A DNA stretch of 64,000 bases from Escherichia coli (GTDB lineage: Bacteria; Pseudomonadota; Gammaproteobacteria; Enterobacterales; Enterobacteriaceae), in assembly GCF_013315695.1 (NCBI RefSeq), contig NZ_CP054353.1, one strand, 5' to 3'. Both the position numbers and the translations under genes were made by a program. Positions 25,365-38,695 of the stretch are shown here, piece after piece. Within the stretch, counting starts at the first letter, position 1; every line of letters starts with the position of its first letter. The notes under the pieces were generated by a model. The model saw only the letters and a program-made list of their open reading frames with translations. It did not search any database and was not told where the DNA came from.

Positions 25365-27692
25365 AGTGGCTTTTGCCACCCACGCTTTCAGTACTTCTAC
25401 GTCGTGACGCCACTCTTCTTTCATCTCTTCAATCCATTCACCGACGTTATCTTCCCAGGCGGGAAGGTCAGGAGACTGAATTTGCTGACCCAACTGTTGC
25501 AGATGGCGTAACCCCACTGACCCCGCCGCACCTTTAATTTTATGTCCTTCCTCAACAATGCCTTTTTTATCCTGCGCCGTCAGATTCGACTCCAGCACGC
25601 TAACATATCCCGGCATCATCTTCTCAAATACCGCTAACCCGTCGGTGATCAGCTTCGGTCCTACAAGTTCGAGATACTGTTCCAGCATGGGAATATCGAG
25701 CAATGCTTCTGATTTACTGTTCTCTTCTGTCGTCACCGTACTCTCCTCATCATCCTGGGTATCCCAGAATTTCTTGATCATCGCGGTTAGCGCCGGAACA
25801 GAAAGCGGCTTACTCAGCACATCATCCATTCCAGCATTGAGGTACTCTTGTTTGTCTTTCAGCACGTTAGCGGTTAAGGCCACCAGCGGTGGTAAATCCT
25901 CGCGCGGATAACGCTTCGTCAGTTCACGAGAGATATCCAGCCCGGTCATATCTGGCAACTGAATATCCAGCAACACTAGGTCGTATTCGCCCGGTTTAAA
26001 CATCTCCAGCGCCGCCTTGCCGGTCATGGCGACATCAACGCTGTTACCTAACTTTTCCAGCACAGAGCGCGCGACAATCACGTTCAGTTCAATGTCTTCC
26101 ACCAGCAGCACATTCAGCGCCGGTAAAGGCATATCGTCTTCATCAAACGCATCATCAACCTCTTCTGCTACCGACGGTGCGTGGATCGTCAACGTAAAGG
26201 TTGAACCTTTGCCCTGTTCGCTGGTAACCGTAATATCGCCGCCCATATTTTTCGCCAGACGACGAGAAACGGCCAGACCAATACCGGTACCGGTGGCAGG
26301 TTTACCACCATGACTGTCTTTCACCTGGTAATACATGGCGAAGATTTTATCCAGCTCATCCTGCGGAATGCCGATACCAGAGTCTTCCACTTCAAAATGC
26401 AGCATATCGCCTTCATCGTAGCGCACGCGCACGGTAACCTGGCCTTGCTGAGTGAATTTGACGGCGTTACTGATGAGGTTCCACAGGATCTGCCGTAAAC
26501 GCGTCCCGTCGGTAATGACCTGATGCGGTAATGGCAGCGTCGGCTCCAGATTAAAGCGCAATCCTTTTTGTTGCGCCTGCAAGGCGGAGAGATTTTCCAG
26601 ATCGGCAAGGAAACTGGTGAAATCAACCGGCTGATTATCAAGCTGGACCTTGCGCCGTTCCATCTTATCCATGTCGATAATATCGTTGAAGATATTCCCC
26701 AGCGTGACAGCCGATACATGGATGGTTTTGAGATATTTTTCCTGCTCGGCGGTGAGTTCAGTATCCAGCAGAATGCGGCTCAGGCCGACGATACCGTTCA
26801 GCGGTGTACGCAATTCGTGACTGATGGTGGAGATAAACGTCGTTTTGTCGCGGCTGGCGCGTTCAAGCGCATCCTGATACCGCTTACGCTCGGTAATGTC
26901 GCGACCAAAGCCCATCAAACCGTGACGTTTACCCACGCGGTCGTAGTACGGCACTTTACGAATTTCAAAGCAGGCTTTGCGTCCGTCGGGATAATCCAGC
27001 CACTGCTCATAGGTCAGTGACACATTATGACGGAACACTTTTTCATCGGTTTCAATGACTTTCGCAGCGGCTTCCGGTGAGTAAACATCAGCAGGTTTCA
27101 GGTGAACCAGTTGTTTTTCGCTTTTTCCGGTCAGCAGCTCCATCGCGCGGTTACAGCCGGAAAACTCTTTATCTTCGTTACGATAAAAAACCAGGTCGGG
27201 TGAAGCGTCAAGGAAGGAACGTAAGAATGAGGATTGCTGCTCGAGCTGAATTTGTGTCTCTTCGCGCTCTTTGATTTCAATTTTCAGTTGGCCGAAGGTT
27301 TCCTGCAGTTCTGCTTCCGCTTTTTCACGAACGGCGATTTCCTGATTTAGCTGGGCAATATTATCTTTTAACTGAACGTTGAGGCTCAAATCGCGCTCGC
27401 GCATCTCCTCCAGTTTTTGCACCAGTCGTGACAGACGTTGTCGTGACTCCTCCAGTTGCTCGACGACCACCGATAGAAAGTAGACCGCCCACGGCGTAAT
27501 CAGCAAACCAAAGAAGATAGAACGAATAACATCAATGCTTTCGACCTGGCCATGCAGCACCATGGTTACCGCCATTTGTACCACAATGGCAAGAACGACG
27601 AGGGCCAGCGCCAGCAACATTGAGAAGCGCACCAGACCTAACTTCATCATCAGGTCAACATAATACTGCGCCAGCAGACGAATTTGCTTCAT
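25356..27692 (-). CDS. arcB: Aerobic respiration control sensor kinase ArcB
   Basis: 778-aa ORF MKQIRLLAQYYVDLMMKLGLVRFSMLLALALVVLAIVVQMAV...; PAS, HisKA (ISHELRTPLNGI), receiver and HPt domains. Confidence 0.97.
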   Translation of the reverse strand: MKQIRLLAQYYVDLMMKLGLVRFSMLLALALVVLAIVVQMAVTMVLHGQVESIDVIRSIFFGLLITPWAVYFLSVVVEQLEESRQRLSRLVQKLEEMRERDLSLNVQLKDNIAQLNQEIAVREKAEAELQETFGQLKIEIKEREETQIQLEQQSSFLRSFLDASPDLVFYRNEDKEFSGCNRAMELLTGKSEKQLVHLKPADVYSPEAAAKVIETDEKVFRHNVSLTYEQWLDYPDGRKACFEIRKVPYYDRVGKRHGLMGFGRDITERKRYQDALERASRDKTTFISTISHELRTPLNGIVGLSRILLDTELTAEQEKYLKTIHVSAVTLGNIFNDIIDMDKMERRKVQLDNQPVDFTSFLADLENLSALQAQQKGLRFNLEPTLPLPHQVITDGTRLRQILWNLISNAVKFTQQGQVTVRVRYDEGDMLHFEVEDSGIGIPQDELDKIFAMYYQVKDSHGGKPATGTGIGLAVSRRLAKNMGGDITVTSEQGKGSTFTLTIHAPSVAEEVDDAFDEDDMPLPALNVLLVEDIELNVIVARSVLEKLGNSVDVAMTGKAALEMFKPGEYDLVLLDIQLPDMTGLDISRELTKRYPREDLPPLVALTANVLKDKQEYLNAGMDDVLSKPLSVPALTAMIKKFWDTQDDEESTVTTEENSKSEALLDIPMLEQYLELVGPKLITDGLAVFEKMMPGYVSVLESNLTAQDKKGIVEEGHKIKGAAGSVGLRHLQQLGQQIQSPDLPAWEDNVGEWIEEMKEEWRHDVEVLKAWVAKATKK

Positions 27693-27787
27693 TAGGGAAT
27701 TCCTTCACGACAACCTGCCCCAATAATACCCAATTCTGACAGTTACGTTATAAATTGTGTGAGAAATGCGGAATTCCCCTCAACGAC

Positions 27788-28717
27788 CTACTCCGTTGGA
27801 GGTAGCCACGGACGTCCCAGCGCCGATCCCTGTACGCCATGTTCATTCAGATAACGATCCAGCTCGACCATTCCCGTCCATCGATTTTCGCACCACAGCG
27901 GAGCAAGCAGCGTCGGGCGACGGGCGCTGGCGGAAATGCGGTGGTAGATCACTTCCGGTGGCGTATGGCGAATCATTTCTCCGGCAGTGAGCGTGTAATC
28001 CTCCAGTTCAATTCCGTTCAAACGCCCCGCTTCCCAGGCTTTCGCCATAATGCTGCCTTTCACAATATGCAGCGGATGCAGCTTTATGCCGTCCACGCCA
28101 GTTTCAACCACTCGCTCCAGCGTTTGCAAACATTCAGCCTGCCCTTCACCAGGCAGGCCGACAATTAAGTGAGAACACACCTTCAGCCCACGCTCACGCG
28201 CCAGCTGCGTCGTGCGCTGATAACAGGCAAAATCATGACCGCGATTGATGCGATGCAGCGTTTTGTCGTGGGCGGTTTGTAGCCCCAGCTCCAGCCACAC
28301 TTCGTAACCCTGGTCCTTATATTCGCAAAGCAGATCCAGCACCGCATCCGGCACGCAGTCCGGGCGGGTACCAACACACAAACCGACAATATTGGCCTGG
28401 CTCACCGCCTGCTGATACATAGAACGCAGCACCTGAACTTCCGCAAAGGTGCTGGTATACGCCTGAAAGTAGGCCAGATAGCGTTTAGCGCGGTTAACTA
28501 AATTCGCCTGGTGCGCCAGTTGCTCGGCAATGGAACGATGCTGCTGCGCTTCATCGGCAAACGAGGCCACATTACAGAATGTGCAGCCACCACGCCCGAT
28601 GGTACCGTCACGGTTAGGGCAGCTAAAACCGCCGTGCAGCGTCAGCTTATGCACCTTTTGCCCATAACGACGGGTGAGATCACCACCAAACATATTGACT
28701 AATTTCTGTAACTGCAT
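27788..28717 (-). CDS. yhcC: Radical SAM family protein YhcC
   Basis: Trimmed to MQLQKLVNMFGGDLTRRYGQKVHKLTLHGGFSCPNRDGTIGRGGCTFCN... (309 aa); Cys-rich radical-SAM-like motif. Confidence 0.9.
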   Translation of the reverse strand: MQLQKLVNMFGGDLTRRYGQKVHKLTLHGGFSCPNRDGTIGRGGCTFCNVASFADEAQQHRSIAEQLAHQANLVNRAKRYLAYFQAYTSTFAEVQVLRSMYQQAVSQANIVGLCVGTRPDCVPDAVLDLLCEYKDQGYEVWLELGLQTAHDKTLHRINRGHDFACYQRTTQLARERGLKVCSHLIVGLPGEGQAECLQTLERVVETGVDGIKLHPLHIVKGSIMAKAWEAGRLNGIELEDYTLTAGEMIRHTPPEVIYHRISASARRPTLLAPLWCENRWTGMVELDRYLNEHGVQGSALGRPWLPPTE

Positions 28718-29298
28718 AATCTGATAGACCGCGCCTTGAAAAGAGGCCAAAGCCTGCCATTTTTAGCCCAATTCGGCGATGACCTGGATCAATCGTCCCG
28801 GCCTGCTTTTATCAACTGCATAATCAATCAAAATTACCGAAATTTCATGCATAATCACATAAATCACTTTTGCTTATCTTGTGTCAGATTTTTTTATCTC
28901 CTTATGGATTTTAGGCAAAAACAGTAGCATGAAACGTCATTACCGATTAAGGCAGTATAAAATGCTGGCTTTCTCGTCAGTTCAAGGCAGGATAAGGGTT
29001 AACACGCCTTTATGACAGTCAGGAATTGGCTGTTTCTCTAACGACACCCCTTTTAGCCTTAATTAGAAAATCCATTTTAATTTCAGTCAATTAATAAAGA
29101 ATTTTGCGCTAAAGCACATTTCTGTACCAATAAGCTTGCCATTTGACCTGTATCAGCTTTCCCGATAAGTTGGAAATCCGCTGGAAGCTTTCTGGATGAG
29201 CAGCCTGCTCATCATATTTATGCAGTAATTGAGATCCCCTCTTCACCGTATTAACCGATGCGAAAAGGACAACAAGGGGGCGAATGCGAGGCGCGCGT

Positions 29299-32200
29299 AT
29301 GACACGCAAACCCCGTCGCCACGCTCTTTCTGTGCCCGTGCGCAGCGGTTCGGAAGTGGGGTTCCCGCAGAGCCTGGGGGAGGTTCACGATATGTTGTAC
29401 GATAATTCCCTTGAGAGGGATAACTGTGGTTTCGGCCTGATCGCCCACATAGAAGGCGAACCTAGCCACAAGGTAGTGCGTACTGCAATACACGCACTGG
29501 CCCGCATGCAGCACCGTGGCGCGATTCTCGCCGATGGTAAAACCGGTGACGGTTGCGGCTTGCTGTTACAAAAACCGGATCGCTTTTTTCGCATCGTTGC
29601 GCAGGAGCGCGGCTGGCGTTTAGCGAAAAACTACGCCGTCGGGATGCTATTCCTGAATAAAGATCCTGAACTCGCCGCTGCCGCACGCCGCATCGTTGAA
29701 GAAGAACTGCAACGCGAAACCTTGTCGATTGTGGGCTGGCGTGATGTCCCCACTAACGAAGGCGTGTTGGGTGAAATCGCCCTCTCCTCTCTGCCACGCA
29801 TTGAGCAAATTTTTGTGAACGCCCCGGCAGGCTGGCGTCCGCGCGATATGGAGCGCCGTCTGTTTATCGCCCGCCGCCGCATTGAAAAGCGTCTCGAAGC
29901 CGACAAAGACTTCTACGTCTGTAGCCTGTCGAATCTGGTGAACATCTATAAAGGTCTGTGTATGCCGGCGGATCTGCCGCGCTTTTATCTGGATCTTGCG
30001 GACCTGCGTCTGGAATCGGCCATTTGCCTGTTCCACCAGCGCTTTTCCACTAACACCGTACCGCGCTGGCCGCTGGCACAGCCGTTCCGCTACCTCGCGC
30101 ATAACGGTGAAATCAACACCATCACTGGTAACCGCCAATGGGCGCGTGCGCGTACCTATAAATTCCAGACGCCGCTGATCCCTGACCTGCACGACGCCGC
30201 ACCGTTCGTCAACGAAACCGGCTCTGACTCCAGTTCCATGGATAACATGCTGGAACTCCTGCTGGCAGGCGGGATGGATATCATCCGCGCCATGCGTCTG
30301 TTAGTACCACCCGCCTGGCAGAACAACCCGGATATGGACCCGGAACTGCGTGCCTTCTTTGACTTTAACTCCATGCATATGGAGCCGTGGGATGGCCCGG
30401 CGGGCATCGTGATGTCCGATGGTCGCTTCGCTGCCTGTAACCTCGACCGTAACGGTCTGCGTCCGGCACGCTACGTCATTACCAAAGATAAGCTCATCAC
30501 CTGCGCCTCTGAAGTCGGCATCTGGGATTATCAGCCTGACGAAGTGGTCGAAAAAGGCCGCGTCGGGCCAGGCGAACTGATGGTGATCGACACTCGCAGT
30601 GGGCGCATTCTGCACTCGGCAGAAACTGATGACGATCTGAAAAGCCGCCATCCATATAAAGAGTGGATGGAGAAAAACGTCCGCCGACTGGTACCGTTTG
30701 AAGATCTGCCCGATGAAGAAGTGGGTAGCCGCGAACTGGACGACGACACACTTGCCAGCTACCAGAAACAGTTTAACTACAGCGCGGAAGAGCTGGACTC
30801 CGTAATTCGCGTACTGGGTGAAAACGGTCAGGAAGCCGTCGGTTCGATGGGCGATGATACCCCATTCGCCGTGCTCTCCAGTCAGCCGCGCATTATTTAC
30901 GACTACTTCCGCCAGCAGTTTGCTCAGGTAACCAACCCGCCAATCGACCCGCTGCGTGAAGCGCATGTTATGTCGCTCGCCACCAGCATTGGCCGCGAAA
31001 TGAACGTCTTCTGCGAAGCTGAAGGCCAGGCGCACCGTTTAAGCTTTAAATCGCCGATTCTGCTCTATTCCGATTTCAAACAGCTCACGACGATGAAAGA
31101 GGAGCACTACCGCGCAGATACGCTGGATATCACCTTTGACGTCACTAAAACCACGCTCGAAGCGACGGTGAAAGAGCTGTGCGACAAAGCCGAAAAAATG
31201 GTACGTAGCGGCACCGTGCTGCTGGTGCTCTCCGACCGGAATATCGCTAAAGATCGCCTGCCGGTTCCGGCTCCGATGGCGGTTGGCGCGATCCAGACCC
31301 GTCTGGTCGATCAAAGCCTGCGTTGCGATGCCAACATCATCGTCGAAACCGCCAGCGCCCGCGATCCGCACCATTTCGCCGTGTTGCTGGGTTTCGGCGC
31401 GACGGCTATTTATCCGTACCTTGCCTATGAAACGCTGGGCCGCCTGGTAGACACCCACGCGATTGCCAAAGATTATCGTACCGTGATGCTCAACTACCGT
31501 AACGGCATCAACAAAGGCTTGTACAAAATCATGTCCAAAATGGGCATCTCCACCATCGCCTCTTACCGCTGCTCGAAACTGTTTGAAGCGGTCGGTCTGC
31601 ACGATGATGTCGTGGGCCTGTGCTTCCAGGGGGCGGTTAGCCGCATTGGTGGGGCAAGCTTTGAAGACTTCCAGCAGGATCTGCTGAATCTGTCGAAACG
31701 TGCCTGGCTGGCGCGTAAGCCCATCAGCCAGGGCGGCTTGCTGAAATACGTGCACGGTGGCGAATACCACGCCTACAACCCGGACGTTGTGCGCACACTG
31801 CAACAGGCGGTACAAAGCGGCGAGTACAGCGACTATCAGGAATACGCGAAGCTGGTTAATGAGCGCCCGGCAACCACGCTGCGCGATCTGCTGGCAATTA
31901 CGCCGGGTGAAAACGCAGTCAACATTGCCGATGTTGAACCGGCAAGCGAACTGTTTAAACGCTTCGATACCGCTGCGATGTCTATCGGCGCGTTAAGCCC
32001 GGAAGCCCACGAGGCGCTGGCGGAAGCGATGAACAGCATCGGCGGTAACTCAAACTCCGGCGAAGGCGGTGAAGACCCGGCGCGCTATGGCACTAACAAA
32101 GTGTCGCGCATCAAGCAGGTGGCGTCCGGTCGCTTCGGCGTTACTCCGGCGTACCTGGTCAATGCCGACGTCATTCAGATAAAAGTCGCCCAGGGCGCGA

Positions 32201-33852
32201 AGCCGGGTGAAGGTGGTCAGTTACCGGGTGATAAAGTCACTCCTTACATTGCCAAACTGCGCTATTCGGTGCCGGGCGTGACGCTGATCTCCCCGCCGCC
32301 GCACCACGATATCTACTCTATTGAGGATTTAGCGCAGCTGATTTTCGACCTCAAGCAGGTCAATCCAAAAGCGATGATCTCCGTGAAGCTGGTTTCCGAA
32401 CCGGGCGTAGGCACCATCGCGACTGGCGTGGCAAAAGCTTATGCCGATTTAATCACCATCGCAGGCTATGACGGCGGCACCGGCGCAAGTCCGCTTTCAT
32501 CGGTGAAATACGCAGGCTGTCCGTGGGAGCTGGGGCTTGTTGAAACCCAACAGGCGCTGGTTGCCAACGGCTTGCGTCACAAGATCCGTTTGCAGGTTGA
32601 TGGCGGCCTGAAAACCGGCGTTGATATCATCAAAGCGGCGATTCTCGGCGCAGAAAGCTTCGGCTTCGGCACTGGCCCGATGGTGGCGCTCGGCTGTAAA
32701 TATCTGCGTATTTGCCATCTGAACAACTGCGCGACGGGTGTTGCAACTCAGGATGACAAACTGCGTAAGAATCACTATCACGGCCTGCCGTTCAAGGTGA
32801 CTAATTACTTTGAGTTTATCGCACGTGAAACCCGCGAGCTGATGGCACAGCTGGGGGTAACGCGTCTGGTGGATCTGATTGGTCGCACCGACCTGCTGAA
32901 AGAGCTGGACGGTTTCACCGCCAAACAGCAGAAACTGGCGCTGTCGAAGCTGCTGGAAACTGCCGAGCCACATGCAGGTAAGGCACTCTACTGCACCGAA
33001 AACAACCCGCCGTTTGATAACGGCCTACTGAACGCGCAGTTGCTGCAACAGGCAAAACCGTTTGTCGATGAACGCCAGAGCAAAACCTTCTGGTTCGATA
33101 TCCGCAACACCGATCGTTCTGTCGGCGCGTCGCTTTCAGGCTATATCGCCCAGACGCACGGCGATCAGGGGCTGGCTGCCGATCCGATCAAAGCATACTT
33201 CAACGGCACCGCAGGCCAGAGCTTCGGTGTGTGGAACGCGGGCGGCGTGGAACTGTATCTGACCGGCGATGCTAACGACTATGTCGGTAAAGGCATGGCG
33301 GGCGGCTTAATTGCCATTCGTCCTCCGGTTGGCTCAGCCTTCCGCAGCCATGAAGCAAGCATTATCGGCAACACCTGCCTGTATGGCGCGACCGGAGGTC
33401 GTCTGTATGCCGCAGGCCGCGCGGGTGAACGTTTCGGCGTACGTAACTCCGGTGCTATCACCGTGGTAGAAGGCATTGGCGACAACGGCTGTGAATATAT
33501 GACGGGCGGTATTGTCTGTATTCTGGGTAAAACCGGCGTTAACTTCGGCGCGGGCATGACCGGCGGCTTCGCTTACGTTCTCGATGAAAGCGGCGATTTC
33601 CGCAAACGCGTTAACCCGGAACTGGTCGAGGTCTTAAGCGTTGACGATTTGGCGATCCATGAAGAGCATCTGCGTGGTCTTATCACCGAGCATGTGCAGC
33701 ATACCGGTTCCCAGCGCGGTGAAGAGATTCTGGCGAACTGGTCAACCTTCGCCACGAAATTCGCGCTGGTTAAACCGAAGTCCAGTGATGTAAAAGCACT
33801 GCTGGGTCACCGTAGTCGTAGCGCAGCAGAGTTGCGCGTGCAGGCGCAGTAA
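29299..33852 (+). CDS. gltB: Glutamate synthase (NADPH) large subunit
   Basis: 1517-codon ORF from second in-frame ATG ([20 protein letters not shown]...); Ntn amidotransferase start ...[14 protein letters not shown] and Fe-S domains. Track ORF begins 5 codons upstream at 29284; exact start uncertain. Confidence 0.95.
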   Translation: MTRKPRRHALSVPVRSGSEVGFPQSLGEVHDMLYDNSLERDNCGFGLIAHIEGEPSHKVVRTAIHALARMQHRGAILADGKTGDGCGLLLQKPDRFFRIVAQERGWRLAKNYAVGMLFLNKDPELAAAARRIVEEELQRETLSIVGWRDVPTNEGVLGEIALSSLPRIEQIFVNAPAGWRPRDMERRLFIARRRIEKRLEADKDFYVCSLSNLVNIYKGLCMPADLPRFYLDLADLRLESAICLFHQRFSTNTVPRWPLAQPFRYLAHNGEINTITGNRQWARARTYKFQTPLIPDLHDAAPFVNETGSDSSSMDNMLELLLAGGMDIIRAMRLLVPPAWQNNPDMDPELRAFFDFNSMHMEPWDGPAGIVMSDGRFAACNLDRNGLRPARYVITKDKLITCASEVGIWDYQPDEVVEKGRVGPGELMVIDTRSGRILHSAETDDDLKSRHPYKEWMEKNVRRLVPFEDLPDEEVGSRELDDDTLASYQKQFNYSAEELDSVIRVLGENGQEAVGSMGDDTPFAVLSSQPRIIYDYFRQQFAQVTNPPIDPLREAHVMSLATSIGREMNVFCEAEGQAHRLSFKSPILLYSDFKQLTTMKEEHYRADTLDITFDVTKTTLEATVKELCDKAEKMVRSGTVLLVLSDRNIAKDRLPVPAPMAVGAIQTRLVDQSLRCDANIIVETASARDPHHFAVLLGFGATAIYPYLAYETLGRLVDTHAIAKDYRTVMLNYRNGINKGLYKIMSKMGISTIASYRCSKLFEAVGLHDDVVGLCFQGAVSRIGGASFEDFQQDLLNLSKRAWLARKPISQGGLLKYVHGGEYHAYNPDVVRTLQQAVQSGEYSDYQEYAKLVNERPATTLRDLLAITPGENAVNIADVEPASELFKRFDTAAMSIGALSPEAHEALAEAMNSIGGNSNSGEGGEDPARYGTNKVSRIKQVASGRFGVTPAYLVNADVIQIKVAQGAKPGEGGQLPGDKVTPYIAKLRYSVPGVTLISPPPHHDIYSIEDLAQLIFDLKQVNPKAMISVKLVSEPGVGTIATGVAKAYADLITIAGYDGGTGASPLSSVKYAGCPWELGLVETQQALVANGLRHKIRLQVDGGLKTGVDIIKAAILGAESFGFGTGPMVALGCKYLRICHLNNCATGVATQDDKLRKNHYHGLPFKVTNYFEFIARETRELMAQLGVTRLVDLIGRTDLLKELDGFTAKQQKLALSKLLETAEPHAGKALYCTENNPPFDNGLLNAQLLQQAKPFVDERQSKTFWFDIRNTDRSVGASLSGYIAQTHGDQGLAADPIKAYFNGTAGQSFGVWNAGGVELYLTGDANDYVGKGMAGGLIAIRPPVGSAFRSHEASIIGNTCLYGATGGRLYAAGRAGERFGVRNSGAITVVEGIGDNGCEYMTGGIVCILGKTGVNFGAGMTGGFAYVLDESGDFRKRVNPELVEVLSVDDLAIHEEHLRGLITEHVQHTGSQRGEEILANWSTFATKFALVKPKSSDVKALLGHRSRSAAELRVQAQ

Positions 33853-35283
<1,431 letters not shown>

Positions 35284-35466
35284 GCTCTGCCTCAGCGCCG
35301 CCTTCTCAGAAAAGAGTCGGCGCTGAAATTCTCCTTTCGTTCTGGAAAGCGCCTCGCATAATCTGAAGAAAACCAATGTAATACGCACATCTGGATTGTT
35401 ACCGGCAGATGCCCGGCGTATAGCTGATTCCATTATTCAACACTGCGCCATATGAAGGGACAGATA

Positions 35467-36566
35467 ATGGAATCGCTCTCAGAAGGAACCACAGCAGGCT
35501 ACCAGCAAATCCACGACGGCATTATTCATCTGGTCGATAGCGCCCGGACGGAAACGGTACGTAGTGTTAACGCGTTAATGACCGCCACATACTGGGAAAT
35601 TGGCCGACGAATTGTCGAATTTGAACAAGGTGGCGAGGCCAGGGCTGCGTATGGTGCGCAGCTAATCAAGCGACTATCAAAGGATTTACGTCTAAGGTAT
35701 AAGCGTGGGTTTTCCACCAGGAATTTATGGCAGTTTAAGAATTTTTATATTTGTTTTCAACGAATTGAAATTGTGCAGACACTGTCTGCACAATTCGCCA
35801 GACACTATCTGGCGAATCTTGCCATTTAGCGCAACTGGCCAAATCCTTCCCCCTGCCCTGGTCCACTTACGTCCGTTTGCTTTCTGTTAAAAACGCTGAC
35901 GCTCGTAGCTTTTATGAGAAAGAGACACTCCGCTGTGGCTGGTCTGCTCGTCAGCTCGAACGGCAAATTGCGACCCAATTTTATGAGCGGACACTACTGT
36001 CACATGACAAATCAGCCATGCTGCAACAACACGCTCCTGCCGAGACGCATATTCTTCCGCAACGGGCGATACGCGATCCCTTTGTGCTCGAATTTCTGGA
36101 ATTGAAAGATGAATATTCAGAATCCGATTTTGAGGAGGCGCTGATCAACCACCTGATGGATTTCATGCTGGAACTTGGGGATGATTTTGCCTTTGTTAGT
36201 CGACAGCGAAGGTTACGCATTGATGACAACTGGTTTCGTGTCGATCTGCTGTTTTTCCACCGCCGTTTACGCTGCCTGCTAATCGTCGATCTAAAAGTGG
36301 GCAAATTCAGCTATAGCGATGCCGGACAGATGAATATGTATCTCAACTACGCCAAAGAGCACTGGACGCTACCGGATGAAAATCCGCCCATCGGTCTGAT
36401 TCTCTGTGCAGAGAAAGGAGTCGGAGAAGCGCATTATGCACTGGCTGGTTTGCCTAACACCGTTCTGGCGAGTGAATATAAGATGCAACTACCTGATGAA
36501 AAACGACTCGCGGATGAACTCGTTCGAACACAGGCGGTGTTAGAGGAAGGCTATAGACGCCGTTAA
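35467..36566 (+). pseudogene. yhcG: yhcG (DUF1016 / PDDEXK-nuclease-like), apparently frameshifted into two ORFs
   Basis: N-terminal ORF (MESLSEGTTAGYQQIHDGIIHLVDSARTETVRS...) stops at TAG 35827..35829; C-terminal homologous frame (...WSTYVRLLSVKNADARSFYEKETLRCGWSARQLERQ...) is open from 35769 to TAA 36564..36566 in a different phase. The phase change falls inside tandem palindromes at 35770..35817. It may be a genuine strain pseudogene or a sequencing error. Confidence 0.6.
35770..35817. repeat. Tandem pair of 25-bp palindromes inside yhcG (copy A 35770..35794, copy B 35793..35817)
   Basis: A = ATTGTGCAGACA-C-TGTCTGCACAAT (perfect); B = ATTCGCCAGACA-C-TATCTGGCGAAT (one mismatch); copies overlap by 2 nt, period 23 bp. 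Confidence 0.85.
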
Positions 36567-36581
36567 TTTCAGCAGTTTCGA

Positions 36582-36606
36582 ATTCTCCAGACACTGTCTG
36601 GAGAAT
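36582..36606. repeat. Third member of the same palindrome family, between convergent yhcG and yhcH
   Basis: C = ATTCTCCAGACA-C-TGTCTGGAGAAT (perfect 12+1+12); same CAGACA-C-TGTCTG core and ATT/AAT ends as A and B, with complementary substitutions in the variable triplet. May double as a terminator hairpin but lacks a strong U-tract. Confidence 0.85.
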
Positions 36607-36625
36607 CTTTAAAACGAACTAAGTT

Positions 36626-37958
<1,333 letters not shown>

Positions 37959-37962
<4 letters not shown>

Positions 37963-38648
37963 AGCACCGCCTTTTTCATCGCTGTGTTGTACCACTGACA
38001 AATGTGTTCAAGACGCGTAATGGCAGAACCGACCGTCACCGCCCACGCGCCGTGGCGCATCGCATCCGCCGCCTGAGCAGGCGTGTTGTAACGCCCTTCG
38101 GCAATCACTCGACATCCGGCGTCGCTCAACGTTTTCACCAGCGCCAGATCCGGCTCTTCTGGCGTTTCAGGCGTGGTATAGCCAGAAAGCGTAGTGCCAA
38201 TAATTTCGGCTCCCAGCTTTTGGCATGCCAGGCCGTCTTCCGGCGTGGAACAGTCGGTCATCGCCAGTAAACCGTGATGGTGAATACGTGCCAGCAACGT
38301 TTCAACAGGCACCGGACGCGGGCGGTCGGTGCCGTCAATGGCGATAATGTCCGCGCCCGCCTGCGCCAGCGCATCAACATCTTCAATATAGGCCGTGATG
38401 CGTACCGGAGAATCCTCCAGATCTCGTTTCACAATCCCGATAATTGGCACGCTCACTACCGCACGCGTGGCTTGCAGATTTGCCACACCTTCGATGCGAA
38501 TGGCAACCGCGCCCGCCTGCTCTGCCGCTAATGCCATGGCTGCGACGATTTCGGGTTTATCGAGCGGGCTGTCAGGAACCGGCTGGCAGGAGACAATCAG
38601 GCCACCGTTAGCAGCGATTTTTTGATCCAGTTGTGCAAGTAACGACAT
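37959..38648 (-). CDS. nanE: N-acetylmannosamine-6-phosphate 2-epimerase
   Basis: Trimmed to [54 protein letters not shown]... (229 aa). Confidence 0.94.
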
Positions 38649-38695
38649 ACATCTTCCCTTAGCGAAAGGCCCGGTACAGAGACCGGGCAACAGGA

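Noticed and set aside
28718-29298. Roughly 580-bp AT-rich region upstream of gltB as a possible hidden small gene or sRNA
   Set aside because: It matches the known long regulatory leader of gltBD and contains no convincing ORF with RBS. I could not place individual binding sites confidently, so none are listed.
35452-35466. Alternative yhcG start 5 codons upstream (MKGQIMESLSE...)
   Set aside because: Both ATGs are in frame and I cannot tell them apart without RBS scoring or homologue alignment. I used the downstream MESLSE start.
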